From: Octopus vulgaris
Lineage: Eukaryota
Assembly (NCBI GenBank): GCA_951406725.2
Contig: OX597822.1
Location: forward strand, 46,562,001-46,626,000
Reading direction: 5' to 3'
DNA: 64,000 nt
The position numbers and the translations under genes were made by a program. The notes below the pieces were generated by a model. That model was not told where the DNA came from. It searched no databases and saw only the letters and a program-made list of their open reading frames with translations. How positions within the stretch are numbered: the first letter of the stretch is position 1; every line of letters starts with the position of its first letter. This document shows, piece by piece, positions 13,718 to 26,210 of the stretch.

Positions 13718-15776
13718 TTCAGACACAGGGTAGCTAGGACTACATTACCAAATATATCATTCCTTTTTAAAGGAATACTGGATGGTGTGTATAGCTGTTT
13801 GCAAGTGTTGTAATAAACAGTAGTGGTTCTAAGGCTATACCTTGCAGCAGTCCCCTATAGATTTCTTCCTTACTTTGTTATGAGTTTATGCTTGGTTTAA
13901 ACAATCAGGGCTTGGTACCTTTAATCTTTAATCAATGTTGTATTATCTTCATCTTGGATTGATGTACAGTTCACAGAGCAACCATGCTACCATAAACAGG
14001 TGACACTTGTGGATGATTAAATAAGATAAACCAAGTGCGACTTCTTGTAGACTTAAACTGTCAGTTTGATTAACACCATCATTCTGCCCTGGTTACCTTT
14101 AGCAGAGTTTACTCTCTTTTTAAGGACTCAGGCAACATTTCCTGTTCATTGATAACTTATATTCAACATCAGCTCCAATTTCTTTCACTTCTCATTTGTT
14201 TACTCTCACTAATTGTCAATACCCAAGACCATGTTGTTGGGAAGCAAGTTTCTTAACCCCACACAGCCATGACTGCATTGTTTTAAATATTCAAACCTTA
14301 GTTATTTTAAAGGACATGTGAGTATTCTTTTCTTTACTTGTTTCAGTCATTTGACTGTGGCCATGCTGGAGCACTGCCTTTAGTTGAGCAAATCAACCCC
14401 AGGACTTATTCTTTGTAAGCCTAGTACTTATTCTATCCGTCCCTTTTGCCGAACTGCTAAGTCACAGGGACATAAACATACCAGCATCGGTGGTCAAGTG
14501 ATGCTGGGTTGGGGGGAGAAACACACACACATATACATATGTATGACGGGCTTCTTTCAGTTTCCGTCTACCAAATCCACTCACAAGGCTTTGGTCGGCC
14601 CGAGACTATAGTAAAAGACACTTGCCCAAGGTGCCACGTAGTGGGACTGAACTCATAACCATGTGGTTGGTAAACAAGCTACCTATCACACAGCCACTCC
14701 CCTGCCTATAGTTAACCTTTTTTAAAATATCTCAATGAGAAAAATCTAATATTGGAAACCATCCCAAGATTGGTGCCATAGGGAAATATTTTAGGGTGAA
14801 AAGTGGTCAAATCTGAAAGACAGTAATCTCTTCTCTGTTAGACTGTGGCCATGCTGGGGCACCACCTTGAAAAAGTTTTAGTCAAATGAATCAACTCCAG
14901 TACATTTTTTTTAAAGCCTGGTACTTATTCTATCAGTCTCTTTTACTGAAGCGCTAAGTTACAGGGACACAAACACACCAATACTGGATGTCAAGTGGTG
15001 GTGGGCGACAAAGATACACACAGATATATGTATGTATATGTATATGTATATATATATAAAATGGGCTTTTTTTCAGTTTGCTTCTATGAAATCCCCTCAC
15101 CTGTTATTTCTAGAATGTGAGGCGATCGTGTCTAGATTGCATTCTTGGTGTTTAGCTTCATTCAGGTTCACCCTAATCAAAGGTATTCCAACTGCAATTA
15201 CCTCCCCCTCTCTCTTTTGTTGTTGTATAGGTGCAGCATGGCTATATGACTAAGAAGTGCATTTTGCAACTACGTGGTCTCAGGTTCAGCTCCACTGTGA
15301 AGCACCTTGAGTGTGAGTAAGTGCATTTGGTAGACAGAAACTATCCTTCCTAATGCCAACTGCTTGACAATATGCATTTAGTGCTTTTCCCATGCAAGAG
15401 TAATTCGCAAGACAGAAGGGAAAAAGAAAAAGTGCCTTTGACAGTGTGTGTGTGAGATTATTTGAGAGAAGCCGGGGGTTGATTATTTTGCAGTGTCGAG
15501 AGACAAAAGTATGAACGATGGACAGGCACAAGGGTCTTGCTATGGAGAAGATACTTGACTATCCTGCATTTTATAAGGGTGGATCTTTTTATCTTTTACT
15601 GGTTTCAAGTATTAGACTGTGACCATGTTGGAGCGGTGCCACAAAGAATTTTTAGTTGAATGTATCAACCCCAGTGCTTATTGTTTTTTAAGTGTGATGC
15701 TTATTTTATCAGTCTCTTTTGCTGAATCGTTAAGTTATGGGGACATAAACACACCAACACCAATTGTCAAGCAGAC

Positions 15777-16019
15777 ATACATACCATATATATATATATA
15801 CATACATATATATATATATACATACATATATATATATACATACATACATACATATATATATACATACATATATATATATACATATATATATATATACATA
15901 CATATATATATATACATACATATATATATATACATACATATATATATATACATACATATATATATATACATACATATATATATATACATACATATATATA
16001 TATACATACATATATATAT

Positions 16020-16070
<51 letters not shown>
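15777..16070. repeat. Compound microsatellite with 18-bp higher-order unit (TACATACATATATATATA)n inside a family A SINE
   Basis: Regular 18-nt periodicity at ~15890-16030, ending in pure (TA)n. Confidence 0.9.
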
Positions 16071-16074
<4 letters not shown>

Positions 16075-16793
16075 ACAGGCATCTTTCAGTTTCCATCAAC
16101 GAAATCCACTCACAAGGCTTTGGTCTTTGGTTGACCTGAAGCTATAGTAGAAGACACTTGCCCAAGGTGCTATGCAGTGGGACTGAACCCAGAACCATGT
16201 GGTTGGGAAGCAAACTTCTTGCTACACAGTCATGCCTGCACCTATGGATGGGAGTAGTTGAAAAGAAGAAAAGATAGTAGTGATGGGGTGCCCGAGCAAA
16301 CCCTAAAGTGACAAACAGGTGAGCATAAGAAAGGAAACAGACAGTGGATTGCAGGGTGGGGACAGGGGGAGTTTTAAAAGAGTGTGAGGGGAGAGTGACA
16401 TGGTTGGAGATGGAGGGAGAGGAGAATGTATTAAGCAATGAACAAAGGTGGAGGAGGAGTAGCTGATAGTGTAGGAGTGGTGAGGAGGGTGATGTAAAGG
16501 TACATAAGGGTAGTTAAAAGGAGTGGGGTATGATGGTAGATATGAGAGGGTGTCAAGAACAATAGCAGATAAGACAAAAACATGGCAGAGAAGAGGGAGA
16601 GATAACTGAAGGCACAGAAGAAAGGTGATTGATGAAAATAGGGTGGGAACAAATGATGATAAGAATAAGGGGTGGAAGAGTTAGAGGGGGGTGGCAAAGG
16701 TGTAACTGGTAGCACAAACAGAGAATGAATAAGGGCAATGTAATATGTGCTGGTTCTACGCTCAAGTGATTGGAGCTGAGTAATGCTGTAGGT

Positions 16794-17131
16794 CAGTGGT
16801 TCCCAAACTTTTTCAGGCTGCCACCCCCTTGATACCCAGGCCACATTCCTAGCGCCCCCACCCCCAACTAACCATCACAAACATAGACCTTTTTCTGAAG
16901 CAAATTCAGAGCAACTGTATTTCACAAATAAAACTTTTTAATTTTGTTATTTTTACATGAACTGCTATCCCATGATCACCCCACTTTTTACAAGAATCAT
17001 TACCCCATTATTGCTCCACTTTTTACATGAATCGCTACCCCATTATCACCCCACTTTTCTTCAATACCCCCTTGGAACTTTCCATCCCACCAGGGGTGGG
17101 GGTACAATGCTGCCCACTTTGGGAACCACTA
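16794..17131. mobile_element. hAT/Charlie-type MITE
   Basis: TIR CAGTGGTTCCCAAA / TTTGGGAACCACTA, 8-bp TSD CTGTAGGT/CTGTAGAT (7/8), and three internal ~35-bp tandem units (16950-17058). Confidence 0.85.
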
Positions 17132-17559
17132 CTGTAGATCTTTCCCAAGTCATGTAGACTCATAAGGTCAGTTTCCTGGTTTCAATGATGTATATACCCC
17201 ACCACCCCTGGATGGGATGCCGGTCTGTTACAGGATTACTCATTTTTGCCAGCTGAGTGGACTGGAGCAATGTGAAATGAAGTGTTTTGCTTAACAACAC
17301 AATGCACCACCCAGTGCAGGAATTGAAACTACAATCTTATGATCATGAGTGCAACCACTAAGCCACATGCCTCCACAAGTAGTAGTAGCACCACCATATG
17401 AGGAGATTTGGGAAATGAGATGTGGGGAAAGTAGAGTAGAATGAGTGGAGGGGCAGGGCCCAGCATATACAAGCATAATCAAAATATATTTAGGACCTCC
17501 TTTGGCTGTGATACAAGAGTCTTTGAGCATAGCAAATTAATTCAGTCCTAAGTCAACTC

Positions 17560-19175
17560 TTCTGTAAGACTCAGTATCTGGACATCAACCTTCACTAGTT
17601 CATCATAGGTCTTCTTGGGACGCCTTCTTCTTCATTATCCATCCACCTTAAGTAACTTTATGCAGCTGTTCTCATTCATACGCATCGCATAACCATACCA
17701 GCACAGTCTAACCTCTTGCACACATCTGATTCCTCTTCTGCCTTATTTTTCTGAATACATTAGCACCGTCACAATGCACACTGACATTGCACATCCAATG
17801 AAGCATACAGCCTGCATTTGCTTTTAGTCTTTGCATGTCCACTGCATTCGGGGTCAGCATCTCACTGCAATGGAGCATTGCTGTTCATACACAAGTATCA
17901 TACAATCTGCCTTTTACTCTGAGAGAGAGAGATATTTTGCATCCAACAGCAGTAGTATCTATCTGTAATTTCTCCATCTTATTTTTATTCTGGCAACTAC
18001 ACTTTCAGAACATCCTCCTCCACAGTCAGTTAGGTCACCTATGTAACAAAAACCATCTATGACTGTTAGGCGGCCTCAAGTTCAATTGAGAAAATCTATT
18101 TCCTGTGTCTCATTAGTGCTTATTGTTCCTGCACATCTTCCACAAACAAGCACTACTTTCTCTGTTAACTTTCTTGTTATATTACTGCACTTCTTGTGCA
18201 TCCATTGCTTACACTGGGTACACAATATGGTATTCCTGCCTATACCTTTCCTACATATTGAGCTGGGCTATTTACCTGAAGGAAGTAGAGTTCTGTCTGC
18301 TTTCTTGCTTACTAGAACTCTGGTCTTAGCTAAGTTGACTTTAAGACCCTTTCATTCTAGTTTTGCTTCCACACCTGGAATGTCTTTTCTAATCCTATTA
18401 CAGATTTTGTTTTGAGAATGAGATAACCAGCATATGGTAGTTCTCGAGGGCAGCCACTCTTACATTCCTCTGTTACAGCTCTGGAGGACAGTGATGAATA
18501 GGAGGGGACTGAGAAACGATCCCAAGTGAACTCCTACATTTACCTTAAATTAGTCGTTGTACTCATGGCTCAGTGGTTAGAGTGTCAAGCTTACAATCGT
18601 GAGGTTGTGAGTTCGATTCCTGGACTGGGTTGCATGTTGTGTTCTTGAGCAAGACACTTTATTTCATGTTACTCCAGTTCACTCAGCTGTAGAAATGAGT
18701 TGCGACATCACAGGTGCCAAGCTGTATCAGCCCCTTTGCCTTTCCCTTGGATAACATCAGTGGTGTGGAAAGGGGAGGCTGGTATGCATGGGCAACTGCT
18801 AGTCTTCTATAAACAACCTTGCCCAGACTTGTGCCTCGCAGGGTAACTTTCTAGGTGCAATCCCATGGGGTCTCCTCACTCATACTCAATTTCCACCTTA
18901 CTGACAACCCTGTACATAGTTTGTATGGTTTTCACAAGCCATTCTTCCATCACCAGCTTTCATAGAAACTACCACATCACAGAGTTGTGAGACTTTGTTG
19001 AAGGCTTTTTTCAGGTCAATGAACGCCAAGTACAAAGATTTGCTCTTAGCTAAATACTTCTCCTGCTCACAAAACCAAACTGCATCACATCTAGTCTACT
19101 GCTGTTCTTAATTAATTGGGCTGTAACTCTCTTTTTAACTTTCATGATCTGGTCCATCAATTTGATTCCTTTATC
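17560..19175 (-). mobile_element. Decayed RTE LINE (RT to C-terminus), interrupted by a SINE
   Basis: Homologous to 1-700 and 40036-40900 (aaaaccaaactgcatc, aaggcttttttcaggtcaatgaacgccaagtac, gtccactgcattcgg). Confidence 0.8.
18563..18870 (+). mobile_element. tRNA-derived SINE family D inserted in an RTE relic (another copy starts ~63913; related copies 17150-17375-, 44805-45050+, 49680-49985-, 54620-54750-)
   Basis: TGGCTCAGTGGTTAGAG (A box), GAGTTCGATTCC (B box), then TTGAGCAAGACACTTTATTTCA...CCAGTTCACTCAGCTG. Confidence 0.8.
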
Positions 19176-19179
19176 ATTA

Positions 19180-20130
19180 AAGTTCTGTGGACATGAACAT
19201 ATCTACATCATCAGATATACAGTTAGAGTAGAGAAAACTTAAGAAATTTTAAAATGGCTTCTGGGTGGGAATATTTAGTCTTCCATTGGTCAATTCAGAT
19301 TACATGGGTGCTTCAGTTAGTGACAATACTTTTTTCATTAAGTTCCATGTGGTAGTCAGACAGGATACTGGCACCAGTAAGTTGACATTTTGAAGATGTG
19401 ATACTACAGTAACAACAGTTATATGGAGAGATAATAGCGTTAGGTTACATATCAAATTGTGTGACAAGCCATTGTAGGCCATAGTTACGATGGGCAGAAT
19501 AGGCAATAATTCTATTATGGATGGCAGGGATTGTATCATCTTGCAACTATGTGTGAGCTAGTTAGGCCTAGGGTGTTATTTCTGAGTTATTAGTGTCTCA
19601 TAGCTTGACGTTCAATAATGGAGTGTATTTCTGGTGACAATAGGATATATTGCTTTTCAAACTGATGGATACAGTGGATATGCTGGTGTACATATAGTTT
19701 CTCATGGAAGTAGAGTTGGCAAATACAAAATCCATGTGATAAAGGAGAGGCCCTGTCAAGGATGCTCTATGTGATGTTGGGGAAGTCGTTTCTTTGATAC
19801 TAGAATCTTCAGAAGAAGTGGTCAAGGAGGTGAAGTTTTCTCCTTTCCCTACAACTAAAAGAGTGCATGTGATGCATAAATCTTCCCTTGAAAACATTGA
19901 CTGTTATACTCATGTAATGACCTGTGATGCCTTTGGATGGATGACATGAAGGTTGCTCTATATGTCATGCCCTCTGAGGGGCACTTCTCAGTGTGTAGTA
20001 AATGAAATTTTAGGTAGTTTCAGATTGGAGTGTGGGGTGAAGAGTGTGTGGGTGCAAGTGATATTATCTAAGCATGTATGGCTAACTTTGACGTTATGAT
20101 AATTAGAGTTTGATATTACTGGTTTCTTGA
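19180..20130 (-). mobile_element. Penelope-like element 3' part (GIY-YIG remnant + 3' UTR with decayed hammerhead)
   Basis: Minus-strand peptides NYHNVKVSHTCLDNI and YMSITVNVFKGRFMHHMHSF resemble the Penelope linker and GIY-YIG. A CTGATGA-stem-GAAC motif lies at the 3' end. Confidence 0.55.
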
Positions 20131-21818
20131 GATATGTAGTCGAATAAGTATCAGGAAGCTCCAAGCTACATTAATGGAAACATCTAGATTGAATGGAGGT
20201 GGGTGGGAGAACCTCTATACATACTTAGTAAAGCTGCCTCCCGACAGTAACACATTATAATGGGGTGTGGCCGTGTCGAAGATCTCTCTACCTAAGATTA
20301 AAAAATCAGCTGTTAGGCTCTGTGACTAAATTTCTAATTACAGTTGGGTAGTGGCTAAAGTTATCGATATAATCAGTTTCGTCGTAGTATGTGTATGTGC
20401 ATGTATACACACACACACACATATATGCGAGTGTGCAGTCTTTCCAAATACTCCGGCTTTTAAAGTTTCACTTTTTCACAATTTCGGTTCATACACCCTA
20501 ATAAATAAGCCGGAAAGAAAAGTACTACACATACACCCATGTATCGAGGGGTATGTCAGCTGTCTTTTCCAAACTGTACACACTAAACATTGTGCATTAT
20601 TACATATTTCACGGCATGGCTTAAATAAACACAGAATGACCTTAATACTACATAATAACTATAGGTATATATCATAACGATTTCGTTAAAGCTAATTTAC
20701 TATCAATCTATTATTCTTTTGGAGGTAATATTTGCACCACTTTTATAATGTATTTGGTCGTAAAATAATAGCAACTGTCTATAAATCTAATTTCTTTCTA
20801 CATCTGCAATTAATGCATATCACTGGAGACAGAAGTGTTTTACTTCTCGATTGTGTGTGTATAGGTTTCGCGGAACACACACACACACACATTACATATA
20901 CACAGCGCAATGTATGGAAAGTCGGTTATATCCGCTGTATGTGTGTGGATGTTCGCGCGGTGCTTCAGCTTTCGATTGTTTGTGGTGTATCTGGGGTAGT
21001 AAGTATGTATAAAAATGCATGAGCGCCCGCGCGCTAGAAATATGAATCTCACACATTCTGATCCTTCGATATAGAAATACAAAACCTATTTTGATTAGTT
21101 TCGTTATATACGTATATGCATGTGTAAGCACAGACAATATATAAATATTTTTATATAGTATCTGTGAGCAATACAAAAACACTTATTGAATACATAGTGT
21201 TTTAGTTTTTAAATTTACGATATCAAATCTCAAATGACATGACAACAGATTTATATTCGAATAACGAAGAAAGTCATTATTTTAAAATTTTCCCAGAGGA
21301 AGTATTATATTGGTTTAGGCACCTGTCAAAATGTTAATCTGAACAAGCTTAGAGAACGAAGTCCACTTTCTAAATAATAAAGTATGTTTTCAAAGAAATT
21401 AACGACAACTTCATCGCGAAAGAGATATTACTATTTAAAAAAAAAAAGTATATTAAACCAGTAATTATATGAAAGTTTTTGCAATCATTCGGAAGTGAAC
21501 TCGGTTTATTAAGCTTGTTGACGTTTGCGGACAAAATCTCAAGTTCTATCTTATATGGCAATTTCAACAAAAACAAAACAAAAAAATATCGCTTTACTAT
21601 TCTATCAGTGCATAATCTTGTACTGTAATACGGTTTTAAGAAAAAGACATTTATTACGTTCTTATTGCACATGAAAAAAAAAATAACGGTTCAAACCTGT
21701 TTTCTTTTTTTTTTTCCCAACAAGTAATTTGTAAATGCCTTGGAAAGAACTAAGATAGAATTCCAACTGAAAAGAATATAATTTCAATATGTGCAATACG
21801 TCATTGTTTTGTGAGGTC

Positions 21819-21837
21819 TTTCCCAGAATCCATTGCG
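21819..21837 (+). promoter_or_regulatory. ZNF143/Staf binding-site consensus
   Basis: TTTCCCAGAATCCATTGCG fits YYWCCCRNMATSCMYYRCR at all 19 positions, ~500 bp upstream of the CDK12/13 ATG. Confidence 0.65.
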
Positions 21838-21863
21838 TTCTAGAGTTGTAGAAGAATCAAAGT

Positions 21864-21872
21864 AAAATGGCG
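21864..21872 (+). promoter_or_regulatory. YY1-type motif AAAATGGCG
   Basis: Matches the YY1 core (AANATGGCG), ~27 bp downstream of the Staf site. A second, reverse-oriented copy GCCATCTTG lies at 22256-22264. Confidence 0.5.
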
Positions 21873-22337
21873 ACTAATGTATATAGTGTTAACTATAGAA
21901 AACATAATCGGATAAAATTCTAATAGATATGCTTTTATTTTAGTCATCAGCTTATGTTTTTGTTAGAATATGGATTACTAAATCTGATGACAAAGATATT
22001 TTTAGTAAATACGGTGTGGTTATCTCAATACCGGTGAAAATTTAATGAGATCATTCCCCCCCGTTGTTGTGCTTTCTCTTCCTTATGATATTATAACAGT
22101 TCCCTCAATTATTATATTTAAATAGTATAAAACAGCTTCCTTTATTATATTTTTTAACCATTATCCTTATTTCATTTGCTTACATTCAGGAATAACTTTC
22201 ATTCTTAAACAAACAGACGGTTTAATTGAGGTATTTTTTTAAACAGGGCTATCGAGCCATCTTGCGACAGCGTCATGTGCAACAAGTTCGGCTTAAACCA
22301 ACAATAGAAACAGCCACAGTGTGGTTTGTAGTGGACG

Positions 22338-23365
22338 ATGCCTGGCACACGAAGCCACAGAGGCCTCGTGTTTGATGAGTTTGATGCACGGGCCTACGCC
22401 CATTTGGTGCCATCAAGTTTAAAGAAGCACAAGAAACAAAAACACAAATCGAAAAAAAAGCGGATACGTGAAAGAGAAAAATCTAGTTCGTCGACTAAAC
22501 CATTAGTAGACTATGATGAATTGTCTTCGGATTCCAACCTAGAGTCGCCCATTGATTGTGGGCCGGCTTCTGGTCACCCGAGCAGCAGGGTTGCGTCAAA
22601 CCGGGAACGAGACAAGCGGGGACAATCTCCGGCGACAGCTATCAAGATGTACTTGACTGAGAGAAGTCACAGCAACTCGCCTGCAATGCTGGATAGTAGA
22701 AGGAGCCGAAGTAGAAGTCCAACCCCTTATCATCCACAAAACCGCAAGAAGAGCAAAAAGAGCCGTCGCTACTCGCCGACAGAATCACATCCACAGCTCC
22801 ACCAAGCACCTCCACCGCTACCCCAGTCACGGTCAACTGATCGTGACCGCCTGGACCGACACGACAGAACTTCCTATGTGGAAACAATTTCTTCGCCGAG
22901 GAGGTACTGCGAAATTCCGAAGGCCTATGCTGAAGTGTCCCGGCAAGCATACATTGAAACGCCTAGGGCTTATGCGGAAATCCAGTCTCCAGTAAGGCCC
23001 GAAGCAGGCTACACTCGAAGTCCCCAATATCATTATCGCAGTGAAACTCGCGATCATACTATCGGGGCCCAGTCTTCTAGCCGACGACGGAGCCGTAACA
23101 GAAAAGGAAACCACAGTCGAACTTTCTCTCCGGAACCTCCTCCGAGGGCTTACGATGAAAATCGTGGTTATACGGATGCCCCTAGGGCTTACACAGACAC
23201 TCCAAGGGCTTACCCGGATCCGCCGAGGGCTTACAACGACAGAACACAGTCTTTCGGTTATCGGAACCAAAGGGGTAATAGCCCCATCTCTCCTGCTCGG
23301 AAACGGTACAGATCTCGAACACCTAGTCCACCACATCGAGCCAGGAGGGAAGATACACCTCCAAG
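22338..23365 (+). CDS. CDK12: Cyclin-dependent kinase 12/13-like, first coding exon (RS-rich N-terminus)
   Basis: KKHKKQKHKSKKK followed by KPLVDYDELSSDS (compare human CDK12 KPLVEYDDISSDS), RS/SP repeats and P(K/R)AY motifs as in CDK13. Ends at a phase-2 donor AG|GTAAGA. The kinase domain is not in the window, so CDK12 versus CDK13 cannot be resolved. Confidence 0.85.
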
Positions 23366-24912
23366 GTAAGATTAATTAACTATTTTTATTTATTAAATTT
23401 CTCTTTTCCTCCCCTTCTTTCTCACAAACACCACAGTAAAATACATTTTAAACAAGTCATTACATTATATCTACATCTATTTACTGAAACATTTCAAAAC
23501 AGTTGCACTGTATTATTTGATAACACACATAAACCACTGGGTTTTCTTTTCCCCTTGTCTCTCTCTCTAATCTCCATTTGTAAGTGATACCGGTTTTGTT
23601 TTTCGTCTCAAACATTACTGATAACATCTAACTTTTAACTCACTATCTATACTAACAAATACTATCGACTATATTTAACTGTGTGCATACACACATACGT
23701 TCCACAAAATAAGCTTAATGCGTTTTTAGCCTAGTTCTTGAAGAAGTACACACACGTATACAGGCATACATATATATATATATTATATGTTAACTTCAAC
23801 CATCTCCAATATATGTATTTCACGCTCATCATCATCATTATTATTATAGCCAAATGTTGAAAAGCTTTAAAATTATTAGCAAAACACAAACGAAATAAGT
23901 TAATTACTTAATTATCACTCAACACAGTCCTCTTAGTTTTTCCTTTTTATGCATAAATAAATGTGTTGTGTATGAGTACGAATATATGTCTCCCTGTATT
24001 TGAATGTAAGTGTAATTGTATGTGTGTTTAAGTGGTGTTTTTTTTTTAATCACCGCGCGCCGCGTATTTTTAATAAAGCGAGTAAATTACTAGGATATTG
24101 AGAAAATAGAAGTGTTCTTAATGCACTTTACTGGTGTGTATATGTTTCTTTGCTGCAAAGTCTAATGTCAGCGCCAGTTTCTTAAAACAATATTAATACT
24201 TGGTTATATAATGAAACTTAAAAAAAATTGCTGCTATGTCGTAACGCAATTAGCGCCTTTAATAATCGTACTGTCGAATGAAAAAGGTTGAAAATTATAT
24301 ATACATATATTTGTATGTGCTTTTATATATAAATAAAATAATAAGTGCATGTTATATAAATGTGTATATATTATATATATTTATATAAATATATATGCAG
24401 ATATACAGAAAAATGTATGTATATTTATGCGCGCGCATATATATATATATATATATATATTTTTTATATGTGTGGCTGTATGGTTAAAAGTTTGCTTCTC
24501 AGCCATGTGGTTTTGGGCTCGATCTCCCCGTGCGACAGAATGGGCAATTGTTTTCTGCAGTAGTTGCAGGCTTAATAAAGCTTTGTGAATAGATTTCATA
24601 CATTGAAATTGAGAGAAGCTTGTTTTTGTATCTCTTTGTCTTAACGTTGCCCAATTATTGTGAGTAATATAAAAGTGAATTTTTATTTGACATTAACTCC
24701 ATTATATAAGAAATAAATTAATTCAGTGAATAATATCAGTTCAATTTTTTTTCCCTTTGCGAAACAAAAAGTTAGCAATTTGTGGTTCAAGAATGAAAAA
24801 TATGGGAAAGGCTGAAAACTTGTACGAGCCATAAGAAATTACTACGCATATATATATGTACTATATATACTACCTACTTATATGTACAAGCCATAAGGAA
24901 ATACTTCCTATG

Positions 24913-24959
<47 letters not shown>

Positions 24960-25933
24960 TACACACACATACATACACGTATATATACACACACACACAT
25001 ATATTTATGCACATATATATGTATATTTATGTACATATATATTAATAGGTTAGTATGATTCAAAGATCCTGGTGTAGGAAGATGGTGAGCTTCAAGCCTG
25101 TCTGCTGCTAGTATAGATGAAAAAAGGTGGGCAGTATATGAGAAAAAGTATTTGTTAACCTTTGTAAGTTACACACTTTGCCTCATTTTGAAATCAATGG
25201 AAATTTCGATGAGTTGACAGTAACCATACAACTCAGAGTTTAGCAAGTAAAATTGCTAAAAAAGCAAATGAAAATCCAACAGTTTAACGAATGGGAGAAA
25301 TAAATAAGAACTACACATGTTTCATAGCTAAAGCATTGTTGCTTGACTTAATATGACCTGAAGATTAGCTAAGCAGGTTTTATGTGTGTTACAAGTCATG
25401 TAACAAACATTGTTTTAGGTATGAAACATTTGTAGTTTTTACCTTTACTATTCCTTACATTCTCAGTTTATATAAAGATCTTTTTATAATATCCATCTTC
25501 CATACTGGTGTTATATATATATATATTTATAGAGTCCACAGCTGTAACCTACACCAGTGTTGCATAACCAGCCCACTCAAAAGTACCTTGAATCAAGGTC
25601 GTAATGCCATGCTTGAGAAGACCTATTGAGTCAAGTACATTAACATCAACAGCAATATCAAAATCAAATCAAATGGAAATTGTAGTTGTGAGCCCTGTGC
25701 CAGTAGCACGTAAAAAGCACCATCTGATTGTGGTCGATACCAGCTCCTCTGGCCCCTGTGCTGGTGGCACATAAAAAGCACCCACTACACTCTTGGAGTG
25801 ATTGGTGTTAGGAAGGGCATCCAGCTGTAGAAACACTGCCAGATCAGATTAGGTCCTGGTGCAGCCTCCTGGCTTCCCAGACCCCAGTTGAACTGTCCAA
25901 CCCACGCCAGCATGGAAAATGGACGTTAAACGA

Positions 25934-25974
<41 letters not shown>

Positions 25975-26164
25975 GTGTTTATTACTAATATCTAAAACAG
26001 TTTGATTCAGCCTCTGGCAACTTAAAGTTTCGTAGGCTTATTACAGGAACCTAGCTCATTGGGCTGTTTTAAGTAATAATATATATATATAACTTCTACT
26101 GAATTTCCTCAGTGTCTCATTCTTTCATTTGTCCACTCACTTTATATGTATAGATATAGATATG

Positions 26165-26210
<46 letters not shown>

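Larger units (their letters stand above)
20250..24450. promoter_or_regulatory. CpG-retaining, TE-poor promoter/first-exon domain
   Basis: Frequent CG dinucleotides (e.g. gcgcccgcgcgc ~21023, ccgcgcgccgcg ~24053) and no recognisable SINE/LINE copies, unlike the flanks. Confidence 0.6.

Noticed and set aside
15619-16147. ORFs rich in YI/HT/CV dipeptides here and at 27760, 37300, 41555, 50223 and elsewhere
   Set aside because: These are translations of (TA)n/(CA)n microsatellites that lack stop codons.
18565-18630. tRNA gene
   Set aside because: A and B boxes are present but there is no acceptor-stem closure, and the sequence continues into a SINE body with other copies in the window.
20362-20369. 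DRE motif TATCGATA
   Set aside because: A single AT-rich 8-mer is too likely by chance to report without TSS data.
22642-23379. Overlapping antisense and alternative-frame ORFs over the CDK12/13 exon
   Set aside because: Shadow ORFs expected in GC-richer coding sequence, with no recognisable motifs.
25310-25375. Additional hammerhead (GAAACATGTGTA on minus, CTGAAGA on plus)
   Set aside because: The two core halves are on opposite strands, so no cis fold can be drawn.
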